From the IMG/VR virus record IMGVR_UViG_3300044551_000092, positions 128,001-192,000 of that record: DNA of 64,000 nucleotides. One strand, given 5' to 3'. The DNA is from a virus. Lineage: Duplodnaviria > Caudoviricetes. A program made the translations under genes and the position numbers. The notes under the pieces were generated by a model. That model saw only the letters and a list, made by a program, of their open reading frames with translations. It had not been told where the DNA came from and ran no database searches. Shown here piece by piece: positions 48,939 to 58,619 of this stretch (its first letter is position 1; every line of letters starts with the position of its first letter).

Positions 48939-49760
48939 TCAGCTACTTTCTTCTCTGATGAGATCATAAGCTAATAATACATAAGAAATATATCTATCCA
49001 TCCTGATGTACTTCTCTTCTTTTTTAAATGCCACGGTAGATGTTAAGAAATTACGACTGTCATTATGATTTGCAGTTGAAACTGTGTATTGAAAAACTTC
49101 TGGAGAGACATAAAATTTATATTTATGTTGCTTTAATTTTTTGAATGTCATATTAGTAATCTTTTCTTTATTTTTACTCCAATCTGATAAATCAAGTTGA
49201 CCCAATTCAGAATATAATAGTTTACTTATATGATTATTTTCTCTCACAATATGATAATTACGCAAAGTCGTATCGCTATTTTCATCTGTTAAATTCAACT
49301 TTATTGTATCTTTTGCGATATAATTCATAAAATAATCTTGTCCAAGTAGGTTAAATTCGGTCTTATCCATTTTGAAATGATCTATCCAAATGTTCCTACG
49401 ATCTTTTTGGCTCGGTATACTTAAATCAATTCTAAAAAATGGATTGCTATCAAGATCCCCCTTTTTATTTACCGGAATTTTGTTATCAAGAAATGCATAC
49501 CATTTTCCGGTAAGATTAAACCATTCAGGATGTTCTGAAGCATTATCATCTGGGTTTGGTTTTGCATTTTTCTTTGCTTCTTTTTCTTCTACTTTCTGTA
49601 CATCTTTATACTTCATGGGATGTTTCATATCACGAGATTGCGAAGCTGTCGGATTTTCTTTATTTTTGTAGGTTTGTATCCTAGACTGATAAAATTGAAA
49701 TCCGGAAAGAATAAGTATAACGATGGCAACAAGCATAGTTATTTTTTTCACCCTGTACAC
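48939..49760 (-). CDS. membrane-anchored or exported protein
   Basis: Basic N-terminus then hydrophobic helix; GAGG SD; AT-rich. Confidence 0.6.
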   Translation of the reverse strand: MYRVKKITMLVAIVILILSGFQFYQSRIQTYKNKENPTASQSRDMKHPMKYKDVQKVEEKEAKKNAKPNPDDNASEHPEWFNLTGKWYAFLDNKIPVNKKGDLDSNPFFRIDLSIPSQKDRRNIWIDHFKMDKTEFNLLGQDYFMNYIAKDTIKLNLTDENSDTTLRNYHIVRENNHISKLLYSELGQLDLSDWSKNKEKITNMTFKKLKQHKYKFYVSPEVFQYTVSTANHNDSRNFLTSTVAFKKEEKYIRMDRYISYVLLAYDLIREESS

Positions 49761-49833
49761 CTCAAATAGTCAAATGGTCTATAAGTTATTATAACCACTA
49801 AATGGTATATAATAGAAGCGCTTTCCGCATATG

Positions 49834-49885
49834 CGAACATATGTTTTTATTTTCCAGTGAAGAAGAACACATATTCGCATATAAT
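49834..49885 (+). promoter_or_regulatory. two LexA (Cheo)-like boxes and -10 of the SRAP-polymerase operon
   Basis: CGAACATATGTTTT (49834) and AGAACACATATTCG (49864), then TATAAT (49880). Confidence 0.7.
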
Positions 49886-49931
49886 ATACCTTGATAAGGT
49901 TATGCTGATTATAAAAAGGAGGAATTGTAAA

Positions 49932-50618
49932 ATGTGCGGGCGTTACACGTTAATTGCTCCATTTGTACAAGTTATACGACGGTTTAATACTCCTAAGCAT
50001 CCCAGTGATGCGGAATATCAGGCTAACTACAATGTAGCTCCGGGCCAACCAATTCTCTGCATAATCAATGATGGCAAAGAAAACAGATTGGGCTATCTAC
50101 GCTGGGGCCTTATCCCTCACTGGGCAAAAGATACAAAGATTGGCTATAAAATGATTAATGCTCGTGCTGAAACAGTGTCTACGAGACCGGCCTATCGAGC
50201 TGCCTTCAAAAAACGCCGCTGTCTAATCGTAGCGGACAGTTTCTACGAATGGCGACACGATACAATGAGTAAAACCAAAATGCCCTTGCGGTTTATGCTG
50301 AAGTCTGGCGAGATGTTTGGTATGGCCGGACTATGGGAGCGCTGGAGCGCGCCTGACGGGCAGGTCATTTATTCGGCTACCATCATTACGACAAAAGCTA
50401 ATTCAATCATGGCGCCGATACACGACCGCATGCCGGTTATTCTGCGTCCTGAAGACGAACAGAAATGGATTAGTTCTGAGCCAGCAGGCAGCGAGCAGCT
50501 ATCCCTTTTGCAGCCATATGAATCCGAAAAGATGACAGCCTACCAAGTTTCTCAAGAAGTTAATTCGCCAAGGAACAACAATAAACACTTAATCCAGCGT
50601 GTTGAGCCCAATGAGTAA
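49932..50618 (+). CDS. SRAP/YoqW (HMCES-like) abasic-site protein
   Basis: MCGRY start after AGGAGG; YNVAP, WGLIP, INARAET, RRCL, FYEW, IHDRMPVIL. Confidence 0.92.
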   Translation: MCGRYTLIAPFVQVIRRFNTPKHPSDAEYQANYNVAPGQPILCIINDGKENRLGYLRWGLIPHWAKDTKIGYKMINARAETVSTRPAYRAAFKKRRCLIVADSFYEWRHDTMSKTKMPLRFMLKSGEMFGMAGLWERWSAPDGQVIYSATIITTKANSIMAPIHDRMPVILRPEDEQKWISSEPAGSEQLSLLQPYESEKMTAYQVSQEVNSPRNNNKHLIQRVEPNE

Positions 50619-51846
50619 CAAAGTTATTTTCTTGGTGGATATGCAGACGTTTTATGCTAGTTGCGAAAAAGCTGCACACCCGGAATGGAGAAATAAGCCG
50701 GTAATTGTGGCCGGCGATCCCGAGCAGCGCTCCGGCATCGTCCTGGCGGCTGACCCGATCGCCAAGAGGAAATACGGTGTCAAAACCGCTGAGTTTGTCG
50801 GTCAAGCTGTATTAAAATGTCCTCAAGCCATCCTGGTGCGTCCAAGGATGCAGCATTATATCGACGTGTCCTTACAGATTACGGAGATATTTGAATCATT
50901 CACCGACCTGGTCGAACCTTATTCCATTGACGAGCAATTTCTCGACGTGACCGGGAGCCAGCGACTATTTGGTTCACCAATCGAGATTGCACGAAAAATT
51001 CAGCAAAAAATCATGAAGAATACCGGTATCTATGCGCGCGTCGGCATCGGGCCCAATAAGGTGCTCGCTAAAATGGCCTGCGATAATTTTGCCAAGCATA
51101 ACGAAACTGGAATCTTTGAACTGAACCACAACAATATAAAAAAGAATTTATGGCCTCTGCCGATAAACTGTGCGTTCGGAATTGGCAATAGAATGGAAAG
51201 AAATCTAATTGGCATGGGAATCCGGACAATCGGCATGTTGGCCAGCTACCCGTTAGACCTATTAAAAAAGCGCTGGGGCATCAATGGCGTGGTTTTATGG
51301 CAGACGGCTAACGGGATTGACTATTCTCCCGTCACGCCTAACTCGCATGCCGAACAAAAGTCAATCGGCCGCAACATCACCCTGCCATATGACTACACAA
51401 CGGAAAAAGAAATAAAGGTTGTATTGTTGGAGCTGGCGGAAGACGTAGCTTATGTGGCCCGGCAGAAGCACTGTCGTGGGCAAGTTGTTTCGGTCGGCGT
51501 TCGCGGTGCGAACTTTGACTTTCCTACCGGCTTTTATCGGCAGACGAAGCTCCTCTACTCCACCAACTTTGGTATGGACGTGTATAAGGCATCCTGCCGC
51601 CTATTTAAACGGTATTGGGACCGACAGCCGATCAGAAGCATTGCCGTCAGTCTTTCAACTCTCCAGCCGGCCAATTATTATCAGCTTGATCTCTTTAATA
51701 ATCTGATTAAAAAAGAGCGGTTGGCCGAAGCCGTAGACTCAATCTACAGAAAATACGGCCGCACCGCTATTTTTAGAAGTCCTTCGCTCAGTGAATATGG
51801 TCAACTCTTTAATCGCACGGAAAAGATCGGCGGGCACTGGAAATAA
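50611..51846 (+). CDS. Y-family DNA polymerase (UvrX/DinB-like)
   Basis: VDMQTFYASCE, YSIDEQFLDVT, GIGPNKVLAKMA, QLDLF clamp motif, IGGH C-terminus. Confidence 0.93.
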   Translation: MSNKVIFLVDMQTFYASCEKAAHPEWRNKPVIVAGDPEQRSGIVLAADPIAKRKYGVKTAEFVGQAVLKCPQAILVRPRMQHYIDVSLQITEIFESFTDLVEPYSIDEQFLDVTGSQRLFGSPIEIARKIQQKIMKNTGIYARVGIGPNKVLAKMACDNFAKHNETGIFELNHNNIKKNLWPLPINCAFGIGNRMERNLIGMGIRTIGMLASYPLDLLKKRWGINGVVLWQTANGIDYSPVTPNSHAEQKSIGRNITLPYDYTTEKEIKVVLLELAEDVAYVARQKHCRGQVVSVGVRGANFDFPTGFYRQTKLLYSTNFGMDVYKASCRLFKRYWDRQPIRSIAVSLSTLQPANYYQLDLFNNLIKKERLAEAVDSIYRKYGRTAIFRSPSLSEYGQLFNRTEKIGGHWK

Positions 51847-51850
51847 TATT

Positions 51851-52399
51851 CTATTTTAATAATTCAAGTAATCTAACTGTATCTTTTATCTCCTGCCGGT
51901 TTAGCATACAGAGAATATGCGTGACTGTACTTTTACTATGGCGCTGCAATTTTTTTATGGAAGCACAAATTTCATGAGACAGAAACTGGTTTAATGCATT
52001 AAGAATTGGCTCGGAAGCATAAAAACGAAGTCTTGGGTGTCCGATTTTTCCACCTAATTTACAAGTATCCAAAGTATAATGTTGAATAAAGTAGCCCTTA
52101 AAAAAAGATAACAATTCTTCATCATTTAAATTAGGGATTGTCCGCTGTTTATCGGACTTACCCGTAAATCCATGCTGTATCATCCAATGGACATATGGAT
52201 GGCTGTGAATGAGCTTTATCCGCCAAGTTGAATGGCCATGTTCTGTAACCTTGAATACCTTCTTCTGCGGGGAAACAACGTTATTCACAGTTTCTATAAT
52301 AGATCTGTCGATGTTCTGAACAAGCAAAAAATCCTTATTTAAGCGGGATGTCCCCCACAGAATGCCCATAATATAATAATCTATTTTCATTAAATTCAT
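51851..52399 (-). CDS. degenerate LAGLIDADG-fold protein
   Basis: YYIMGILWGTS and IP.L.....SFFKGYF resemble the two LAGLIDADG helices but lack the acidic residues. Confidence 0.45.
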   Translation of the reverse strand: MNLMKIDYYIMGILWGTSRLNKDFLLVQNIDRSIIETVNNVVSPQKKVFKVTEHGHSTWRIKLIHSHPYVHWMIQHGFTGKSDKQRTIPNLNDEELLSFFKGYFIQHYTLDTCKLGGKIGHPRLRFYASEPILNALNQFLSHEICASIKKLQRHSKSTVTHILCMLNRQEIKDTVRLLELLK

Positions 52400-52402
52400 C
52401 TC

Positions 52403-53341
52403 TTAACGTAATAATAATTCATCACCGTATCCACTGTTTTGTAAGTCTTGTAAGAATGGACGAAGTTTTTTTACCTGTTGTACAAAAACGGTATTTTCTT
52501 GTTCCTGTTGATTCATCCAATTTTCTATTAAAGCAAAGTCTGTATAAGTCGCATAATCTCCACCGTGATCACTTACCGTGTTATCTCTTGAATCACTATA
52601 AAAATATGACTCAGGATCTCCGAGGGAACCAATTATTATTATTCTTTCATTCATAAGTGTATTTAACTTAAGCAAAAAAATAGCTTTAGGTGTGTCCATA
52701 TTAGCGATAGAATTAAATCGAATAAAAACTTGATCATAACATATTTCTAAATGATCTCCACTTATCCTATTAATTTCATGACTATTTGGATTATTAAGGT
52801 CTTTATAGATAAATGCATCTGGCCATTTAAATTTCATATCTAAGTCGTTGAGATTAGCGTTGAGAAATGCAAACTTTATATGTATGCTATCTTCATCTTT
52901 TGAAGGAAATGAATAATATGTCACCGTCGGTCGGCAAGATCGTAATAATGAATACTTTTCTTGTTTTTTCTTTTGTTCTATCTGATAAAAAATCATAAGA
53001 GCTGAAGCAAAAATAGATATAATAGTAGCCGTGCTAGTATAAATTGCGGAAACAATAGAATTATTATTCTCATTTGAACTATAGAAAAAATAATTTACTA
53101 TAAAAAAAGAAACAGTGTAAACAAGTAAAAAAACGAGAGCCATTCCAGTTATAATAAGACATAATGTTAATAAATTGAATCCAAAATCTGGTTTAGACTT
53201 TTTTCTGCTTTTTAAATCATTTATTAGATTTTTTTGTAATTTCTTTATGCTTTTAAAAAGAGTTATATCATAATTAATAGCAAACCAGAAAAACGAAAAA
53301 AGAACTATCATGATAAATGTTGCAAGAGTCAATTTAACCAT
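52403..53341 (-). CDS. AT-rich multi-TM membrane protein
   Basis: Three hydrophobic helices then a soluble domain; downstream of the Type ISP gene. Confidence 0.6.
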   Translation of the reverse strand: MVKLTLATFIMIVLFSFFWFAINYDITLFKSIKKLQKNLINDLKSRKKSKPDFGFNLLTLCLIITGMALVFLLVYTVSFFIVNYFFYSSNENNNSIVSAIYTSTATIISIFASALMIFYQIEQKKKQEKYSLLRSCRPTVTYYSFPSKDEDSIHIKFAFLNANLNDLDMKFKWPDAFIYKDLNNPNSHEINRISGDHLEICYDQVFIRFNSIANMDTPKAIFLLKLNTLMNERIIIIGSLGDPESYFYSDSRDNTVSDHGGDYATYTDFALIENWMNQQEQENTVFVQQVKKLRPFLQDLQNSGYGDELLLR

Positions 53342-53371
53342 GTTATTATCCGCCTTAATTCATATTTTGAC

Positions 53372-56300
53372 TCACAGTATTAATTGAGAAACTTGTTCTT
53401 CATACTTTGGCAAATGATCCACGATATCCAATGTGTTTAAGGATACCGTAATGATCTGTAAAAGTAGGTTAAAAATGTATTTTGGATCATTGGAATAGTC
53501 ATTTGGGTCGTCAGTAATTCCACTCTTTTTGTCTGTTTTTACTTGATATTGATCCAGGATCCATTCGATGGCCGGTCGGCCGTTGACCACATAATCATAA
53601 GCGCGATCCGGGATATTATGTATTTTAATATCGGTATTGTAGACAATCGTTGAGAGGTCTCCTCTGTGCGGGTGCTTCATCTTTTTGACGCGATAGGATG
53701 GATTGTCTTTAGCCTCGATCGTAACACCGTCATAGGGTTCTGCGTTCTCATAGTTCAAATGCAGGTCTGCTAGCTTTCGGCCGGCCTCAGACCACGCCTC
53801 TGGATACTTTAAAATGGGAATTCTGGCAATATCTTTTTTCAAGTCATTCTGATACTTCTCTCGGTAAACCTTTGAATGCAATACCCCATAGACATAATAA
53901 AACGTGTCGTCGATAGATAGGCCAAGTTTATCAGCAAACTCATGTGAGAGATTGTCTTTGCCGGTATCAAACAGCGTAAGGTTATTGCTCTTTTCGTTAT
54001 CATAGCGCATAAAGCCTTGACCCGTGTCCATCATATGAAGATTCGGAATAATATCTGTAATAATTGCAGAAAAAGGTCGTACTGCTCCTCGGCCCGTTGT
54101 ATAAATAACAAAATTTTGTTTGCCAAATTTCTTGTAATATAAACGAGGTTCTTCTATTACATTTTCATCGTAGAAAAGCCATTTTTTAGTGAATGGTCGA
54201 TACATACTCAATACAATTTTTTGTCTATTAAAATTTAATAAATCGCCGTGCTTAAACCTTTTTTCAAGTTTTCTAGTCCATTTAATATAATGCTCATTTC
54301 TATTAGCGATTTTTAATTTAACCGAAGATGTAAATTTATTTGTCTTTTGAACTTCCAGATTATAATTACTAATCATTTTAGATATATTATTTAACATTTT
54401 ATCTTTATTAAACCCGTATACCCATGAATCTCGATTTGTTGTTACACCCAAAGCGTTGTTATTAAAAATTGATGTTTTGTTCTTTTCCGATAGTGAAATA
54501 AATTTTTGATAGTGTTCATTACGTTGATTTAACCAATCATTATTTTTATCTGGCTGTATTATTTTCCAATTAATATTTTTAATAGACTGTTTTGCATGTA
54601 GAATACTTAACTTTTGATCCCGATCCAGATAATCACCAATATCATGATAATAAAGCTGATGATTAGGCGAACCATCTTTTACAAGAATGCTAATAGCTAC
54701 CGGCGCCCGGCTACCAGAGCCAAAGATCTTTCCACCTTCTTTTCTGGATTGTTCTCCCTGAGTGCGCTGATTTCCTCTTAAATTAAAGACATACAAATAG
54801 TTAAACTCGTCATATAAACATTTTCTCAGACCATCTGCAGCTTTTGAATCAAGATAGCTGCCATTGGTAACGAAACCAATCACACCTTGCTCCTTAATAC
54901 GGTCTGTAGCCCAGCGAAAAGCTTTGATATAACTATCGTATACCCCCTTACTCAAACCGGATTTACTATATTTTACATATGTATTTTCAATCTCTTCTTC
55001 AAGTTTTGGATAATGCTGATTTTGTCGATTATCATTTTGATTTTGCTGGCCAACAGAATAAGGCGGATTACTGATAATGGCAAAGATTGGTTGCTGTTGC
55101 TGTTTACGTAGGCGAGAGTCATTTTCATTGAATAACTGATCTGCAAACGAGTCCTCTTTTTCTGTGCTTTCAAATGTGTCAGTCAAAACAATGCCCTTAA
55201 ACTGGCGATACTTGTCTGGCATCAGATCATGGAAAACCTGCTCAATGTTAATTGCTGCGATGTAATACGAAAGCAAGATAATCTCGTTAGCGTGCATTTC
55301 TTGTGTGTATTTTCGCAACAAGTCTTCAGGTTTAATGACGCCGACTTGCAGCAGCCGGGTCATAAAAGTACCAGTCCCCACAAATGGGTCAAGAATATGG
55401 ATGCCCTTATCAGAAAGTGTCAAATTAAAGTATTTCTTTAATGTGTCATTAACACTATTGATGATAAAGTCAACCACTTCAACCGGCGTAAAGACAACGC
55501 CTAAGCGTGCTGTAGTATCAGAGAATGCATTTTTAAAGAAGTCATTATAGAGTTCGAGAATGACTTTTTGCTTGCCGGCGGCATTGTCGATCCCAGAAGC
55601 ACGGAGCTTCACGCTCTCATAGAATTTATCCAGTGATTTCTGCTCGGTCTCAAGAGCTTGATTATTTAAGGCTTTAATCATCCGTTCCATCGCTTTGGAA
55701 ACAGGATTCTGATTAATAAAGCTGGTCTGGTCGAATAACGCCTGAAAAACCGGCTTGGTAATGAGATGCTGCGAGAGCATCTGAATGGCTTGTCGCTCGT
55801 CAATACCGGCATTAATATTGTGCTTAAGACTTTTTAAGAAGATATCGAAGGCTTTAGCAATCTTTTTGTCCTTTTCAACAAGCCCCTGAATGCGTATAAA
55901 ATGCTGCTGAGCGATCTTGGCCACGTCGCTTGACCAGCTTTCCCAGTAGCGACGGCTGCCAACTTTCTTAACGATCTTGCCGTAAATGGCATTCTGACAT
56001 TCTTTCCAGTCAAGATTCCATTCAAGTTGTTGATCTTCTTTGTCTTTTGGATTATTGGGTACTCCAGTTTCATTACTGGTATCTTTGACTTTTTCTCCAC
56101 CAATCCCAATAAGATCAACATTCTTGGGTTTACTATTATTCAATTCAATTTTGTTAATGATGGAATCAAAACGTTCATCATGTGCTCGGAGTGCCTGTAG
56201 GACTTTCCAGACAACCTGATAAGCGTCGTTATTATCAAGGACTTCTTTAGGATCTGTAATTGACGGGACACCGATCGGCAGAATGATATAACCGTACTTC

Positions 56301-58054
56301 TTGCCTTCGGCCTTACGCATCACACGGCCGACCGCCTGAATAATATCCACTTCAGATTTTCTAGGGTTCAAAAATAGAATAGCATCCAGTTCCGGTATAT
56401 CAATGCCTTCAGTCAGGCAGCGGGCATTGGATAAGATGCGGCATTCATTACGATTGACGTTGCCCTTCAGCCAATCAATGCACCGATTGCGTTTTAAGGC
56501 ATTAAATGAGCCATCTACGTGTTGAACTTCACACTGCAATACGTCATCTGAACCGGTCGTATTTATGTATTCACTGATCGTCGATTGAAATTCTTGAGCA
56601 ATCTGTTTTGATGCTGCAATCGACTGGGTAAAGGCAACGGCCCGATGCATCGGTTCCCCAGATGTCTCCGGTCGATTTGGTTTCCGTTTAATCAGGCCGT
56701 TCCAGCAACCTATAATCTTAGCAACATCGCCCAGCCTAAGTTCTGAGTCGTTATTAGACAGAATGTGTTGAAAGGTGCGGGAGACATAATGCTCGTCAAC
56801 ACCAAGCACCATGACTTTATAGTCAGAGAGGATGTCTCGCTCCACGGCCTCGCCAAAAGTCAACCGATAAAATTCTTTGCCGTAAATGCTCTCGTCGTCC
56901 ATTGAAGCAAGGATAATATCTTTTTCTGTTGCTTTGTCCTTAGTCTCCGGTTTATAGATGCGCGGCGTTGCCGTCTGATAAAGCCGCTTATTACCTTGAA
57001 TATATTCGTTATAATGAACCTTGGTAAACGAACTCTCGTCTTCATCTGAGAGCTTCGCACCCGTTGTCCGATGGGCCTCATCACAAATAATTAGATCAAA
57101 GGGTCCCAATCCTTTATTCTGAGCGCGGCTAATCACATCAATGGATTGATAAGTCGAAAAGAAGACGCTCATATCGGGTGCTATAGCACGGCTTCTGGTT
57201 CGATTAACATAATCCAACAGCTTATCCGTATCAGTCGTTGACTGAAAGCCAATATCGACGCTACGCAAGTCCTCGTCTCTTTTGGTTACCTTACGGTCTG
57301 AACAGATAGCAAACGTTTGCATATTTAAGCTGGTATCATTTGTCCAGCCTTTTAACGTCTGAGAGAGTAATGACAAAGACGGGACTAAATACAGAACACG
57401 GTACGGCCGGCAAAGCTGCGCAAGCTTTTCCATTGTTTCAGCAATTTTCAGGCTGGTATACGTTTTACCTGTTCCACAAGCCATAATTAGCTTACCACGA
57501 TCCGATGTTTTAAAGCCTTTTACCGTCGCTTCAATCGCCTTACGCTGATAACTACGCGGCTGTTTATCTGATTTAATTTGCATCAATGAAGGCCGATCGA
57601 GTGAGTAGTCTTCCCAGTTGACCTTACTGTTACGCAAATCACTCAGGCTAAGACGAACAACCGGTTTATCACGGTTATCTAGTGCATCTTCGGCATTTTT
57701 TCCCCACCTATCAGTGGTTGAAACAATAATGCCATCTGAATATTTCCGCTTACCCATTTCAGTAAAGAATGAATCAATATCTTCTTTATAAATAGTCTTA
57801 TTGGCAGCATAAAATTTACATTGAATGGCTGTATATCGGCCGGTTTGAATATTTTCGGCAACCAAATCCACACCGGTGTCATTTTTGGCGACATCATCAG
57901 GAGCATCTTTAAGCATCCATACATGGCTAAACAATTGCTGGAAGCGCGGTTCGTGTTTAAAATAGGCGACCATCAGTTCTTCAAATAATGTCCCTCTGTC
58001 GCGTTGAGCTTTTGCATCCAGTGTTTCCAATACCCGGTCGAATGAATCTGCCAT
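53372..58054 (-). CDS. Type ISP restriction-modification enzyme (LlaGI/LlaBIII-like)
   Basis: Mrr-like D.GVD..AIQCK, SF2 helicase ACGTGKT/DEAH/QAVGRVMR, MTase LDPFVGTG/NPPY, C-terminal TRD. Confidence 0.93.
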   Translation of the reverse strand: MADSFDRVLETLDAKAQRDRGTLFEELMVAYFKHEPRFQQLFSHVWMLKDAPDDVAKNDTGVDLVAENIQTGRYTAIQCKFYAANKTIYKEDIDSFFTEMGKRKYSDGIIVSTTDRWGKNAEDALDNRDKPVVRLSLSDLRNSKVNWEDYSLDRPSLMQIKSDKQPRSYQRKAIEATVKGFKTSDRGKLIMACGTGKTYTSLKIAETMEKLAQLCRPYRVLYLVPSLSLLSQTLKGWTNDTSLNMQTFAICSDRKVTKRDEDLRSVDIGFQSTTDTDKLLDYVNRTRSRAIAPDMSVFFSTYQSIDVISRAQNKGLGPFDLIICDEAHRTTGAKLSDEDESSFTKVHYNEYIQGNKRLYQTATPRIYKPETKDKATEKDIILASMDDESIYGKEFYRLTFGEAVERDILSDYKVMVLGVDEHYVSRTFQHILSNNDSELRLGDVAKIIGCWNGLIKRKPNRPETSGEPMHRAVAFTQSIAASKQIAQEFQSTISEYINTTGSDDVLQCEVQHVDGSFNALKRNRCIDWLKGNVNRNECRILSNARCLTEGIDIPELDAILFLNPRKSEVDIIQAVGRVMRKAEGKKYGYIILPIGVPSITDPKEVLDNNDAYQVVWKVLQALRAHDERFDSIINKIELNNSKPKNVDLIGIGGEKVKDTSNETGVPNNPKDKEDQQLEWNLDWKECQNAIYGKIVKKVGSRRYWESWSSDVAKIAQQHFIRIQGLVEKDKKIAKAFDIFLKSLKHNINAGIDERQAIQMLSQHLITKPVFQALFDQTSFINQNPVSKAMERMIKALNNQALETEQKSLDKFYESVKLRASGIDNAAGKQKVILELYNDFFKNAFSDTTARLGVVFTPVEVVDFIINSVNDTLKKYFNLTLSDKGIHILDPFVGTGTFMTRLLQVGVIKPEDLLRKYTQEMHANEIILLSYYIAAINIEQVFHDLMPDKYRQFKGIVLTDTFESTEKEDSFADQLFNENDSRLRKQQQQPIFAIISNPPYSVGQQNQNDNRQNQHYPKLEEEIENTYVKYSKSGLSKGVYDSYIKAFRWATDRIKEQGVIGFVTNGSYLDSKAADGLRKCLYDEFNYLYVFNLRGNQRTQGEQSRKEGGKIFGSGSRAPVAISILVKDGSPNHQLYYHDIGDYLDRDQKLSILHAKQSIKNINWKIIQPDKNNDWLNQRNEHYQKFISLSEKNKTSIFNNNALGVTTNRDSWVYGFNKDKMLNNISKMISNYNLEVQKTNKFTSSVKLKIANRNEHYIKWTRKLEKRFKHGDLLNFNRQKIVLSMYRPFTKKWLFYDENVIEEPRLYYKKFGKQNFVIYTTGRGAVRPFSAIITDIIPNLHMMDTGQGFMRYDNEKSNNLTLFDTGKDNLSHEFADKLGLSIDDTFYYVYGVLHSKVYREKYQNDLKKDIARIPILKYPEAWSEAGRKLADLHLNYENAEPYDGVTIEAKDNPSYRVKKMKHPHRGDLSTIVYNTDIKIHNIPDRAYDYVVNGRPAIEWILDQYQVKTDKKSGITDDPNDYSNDPKYIFNLLLQIITVSLNTLDIVDHLPKYEEQVSQLIL

Positions 58055-58261
58055 CAAAAGACTTCCCCCTATTTTAAGCTAAATCCAAATAGAACTATTT
58101 TTATTATACCGAGTACAATTTTTATTGCCAGTAATTTAACATATTTATCCATTTAACCATATTAAGGGTTCTTTTTGTGCTGTTTTATATATTCTTTTGG
58201 ATTTTGGTTCTTAAAGAGAATATACTAACAATAAACAAACAATAATTGGAGGCGATGAAAG

Positions 58262-58609
58262 GTGCAAACATTCCTGACAAAGGAACGTGCCATATTAAAA
58301 GTATGCCTAATCCACGAAATTGAAAAAAGCCCTTCCTATGGATGGGCTTATCACTCAACGATCGCTGAACAGATCCCTGGATTTAAACCAAGTAAATCTG
58401 AGATATATAAATCACTTCATGAATTAGCAGCAGCTGATATTGTTAAGCGCTCAAGGAGAAAAAGAAATGACGAGGGATTGCAGGAAATTATTGTTTATAC
58501 ATTCACATCTGGAGGCTATGCCAAAGCACAAAGATATAAAAAATTAGTTTATGATGACCTGATTAGGAGTCAAACTATGATAAAGCACTTCTTAAGTACG
58601 ATTTTTTAA
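58262..58609 (+). CDS. rtp: replication terminator protein homologue
   Basis: FL.K.RA.LK, YG, GFKP..SE.Y.SLHEL, LQE...Y.F, A..YKK....DL.R match B. subtilis RTP. Confidence 0.85.
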   Translation: MQTFLTKERAILKVCLIHEIEKSPSYGWAYHSTIAEQIPGFKPSKSEIYKSLHELAAADIVKRSRRKRNDEGLQEIIVYTFTSGGYAKAQRYKKLVYDDLIRSQTMIKHFLSTIF

Positions 58610-58619
58610 GTACCCCCCC

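Noticed and set aside
48768-48974. 68-aa + strand ORF from the track
   Set aside because: It is the antisense shadow of toxin 2 and has no SD.
58060-58260. Ter sites upstream of rtp
   Set aside because: Only weak AT-rich resemblance to the B. subtilis Ter consensus; not supportable without a matrix scan.
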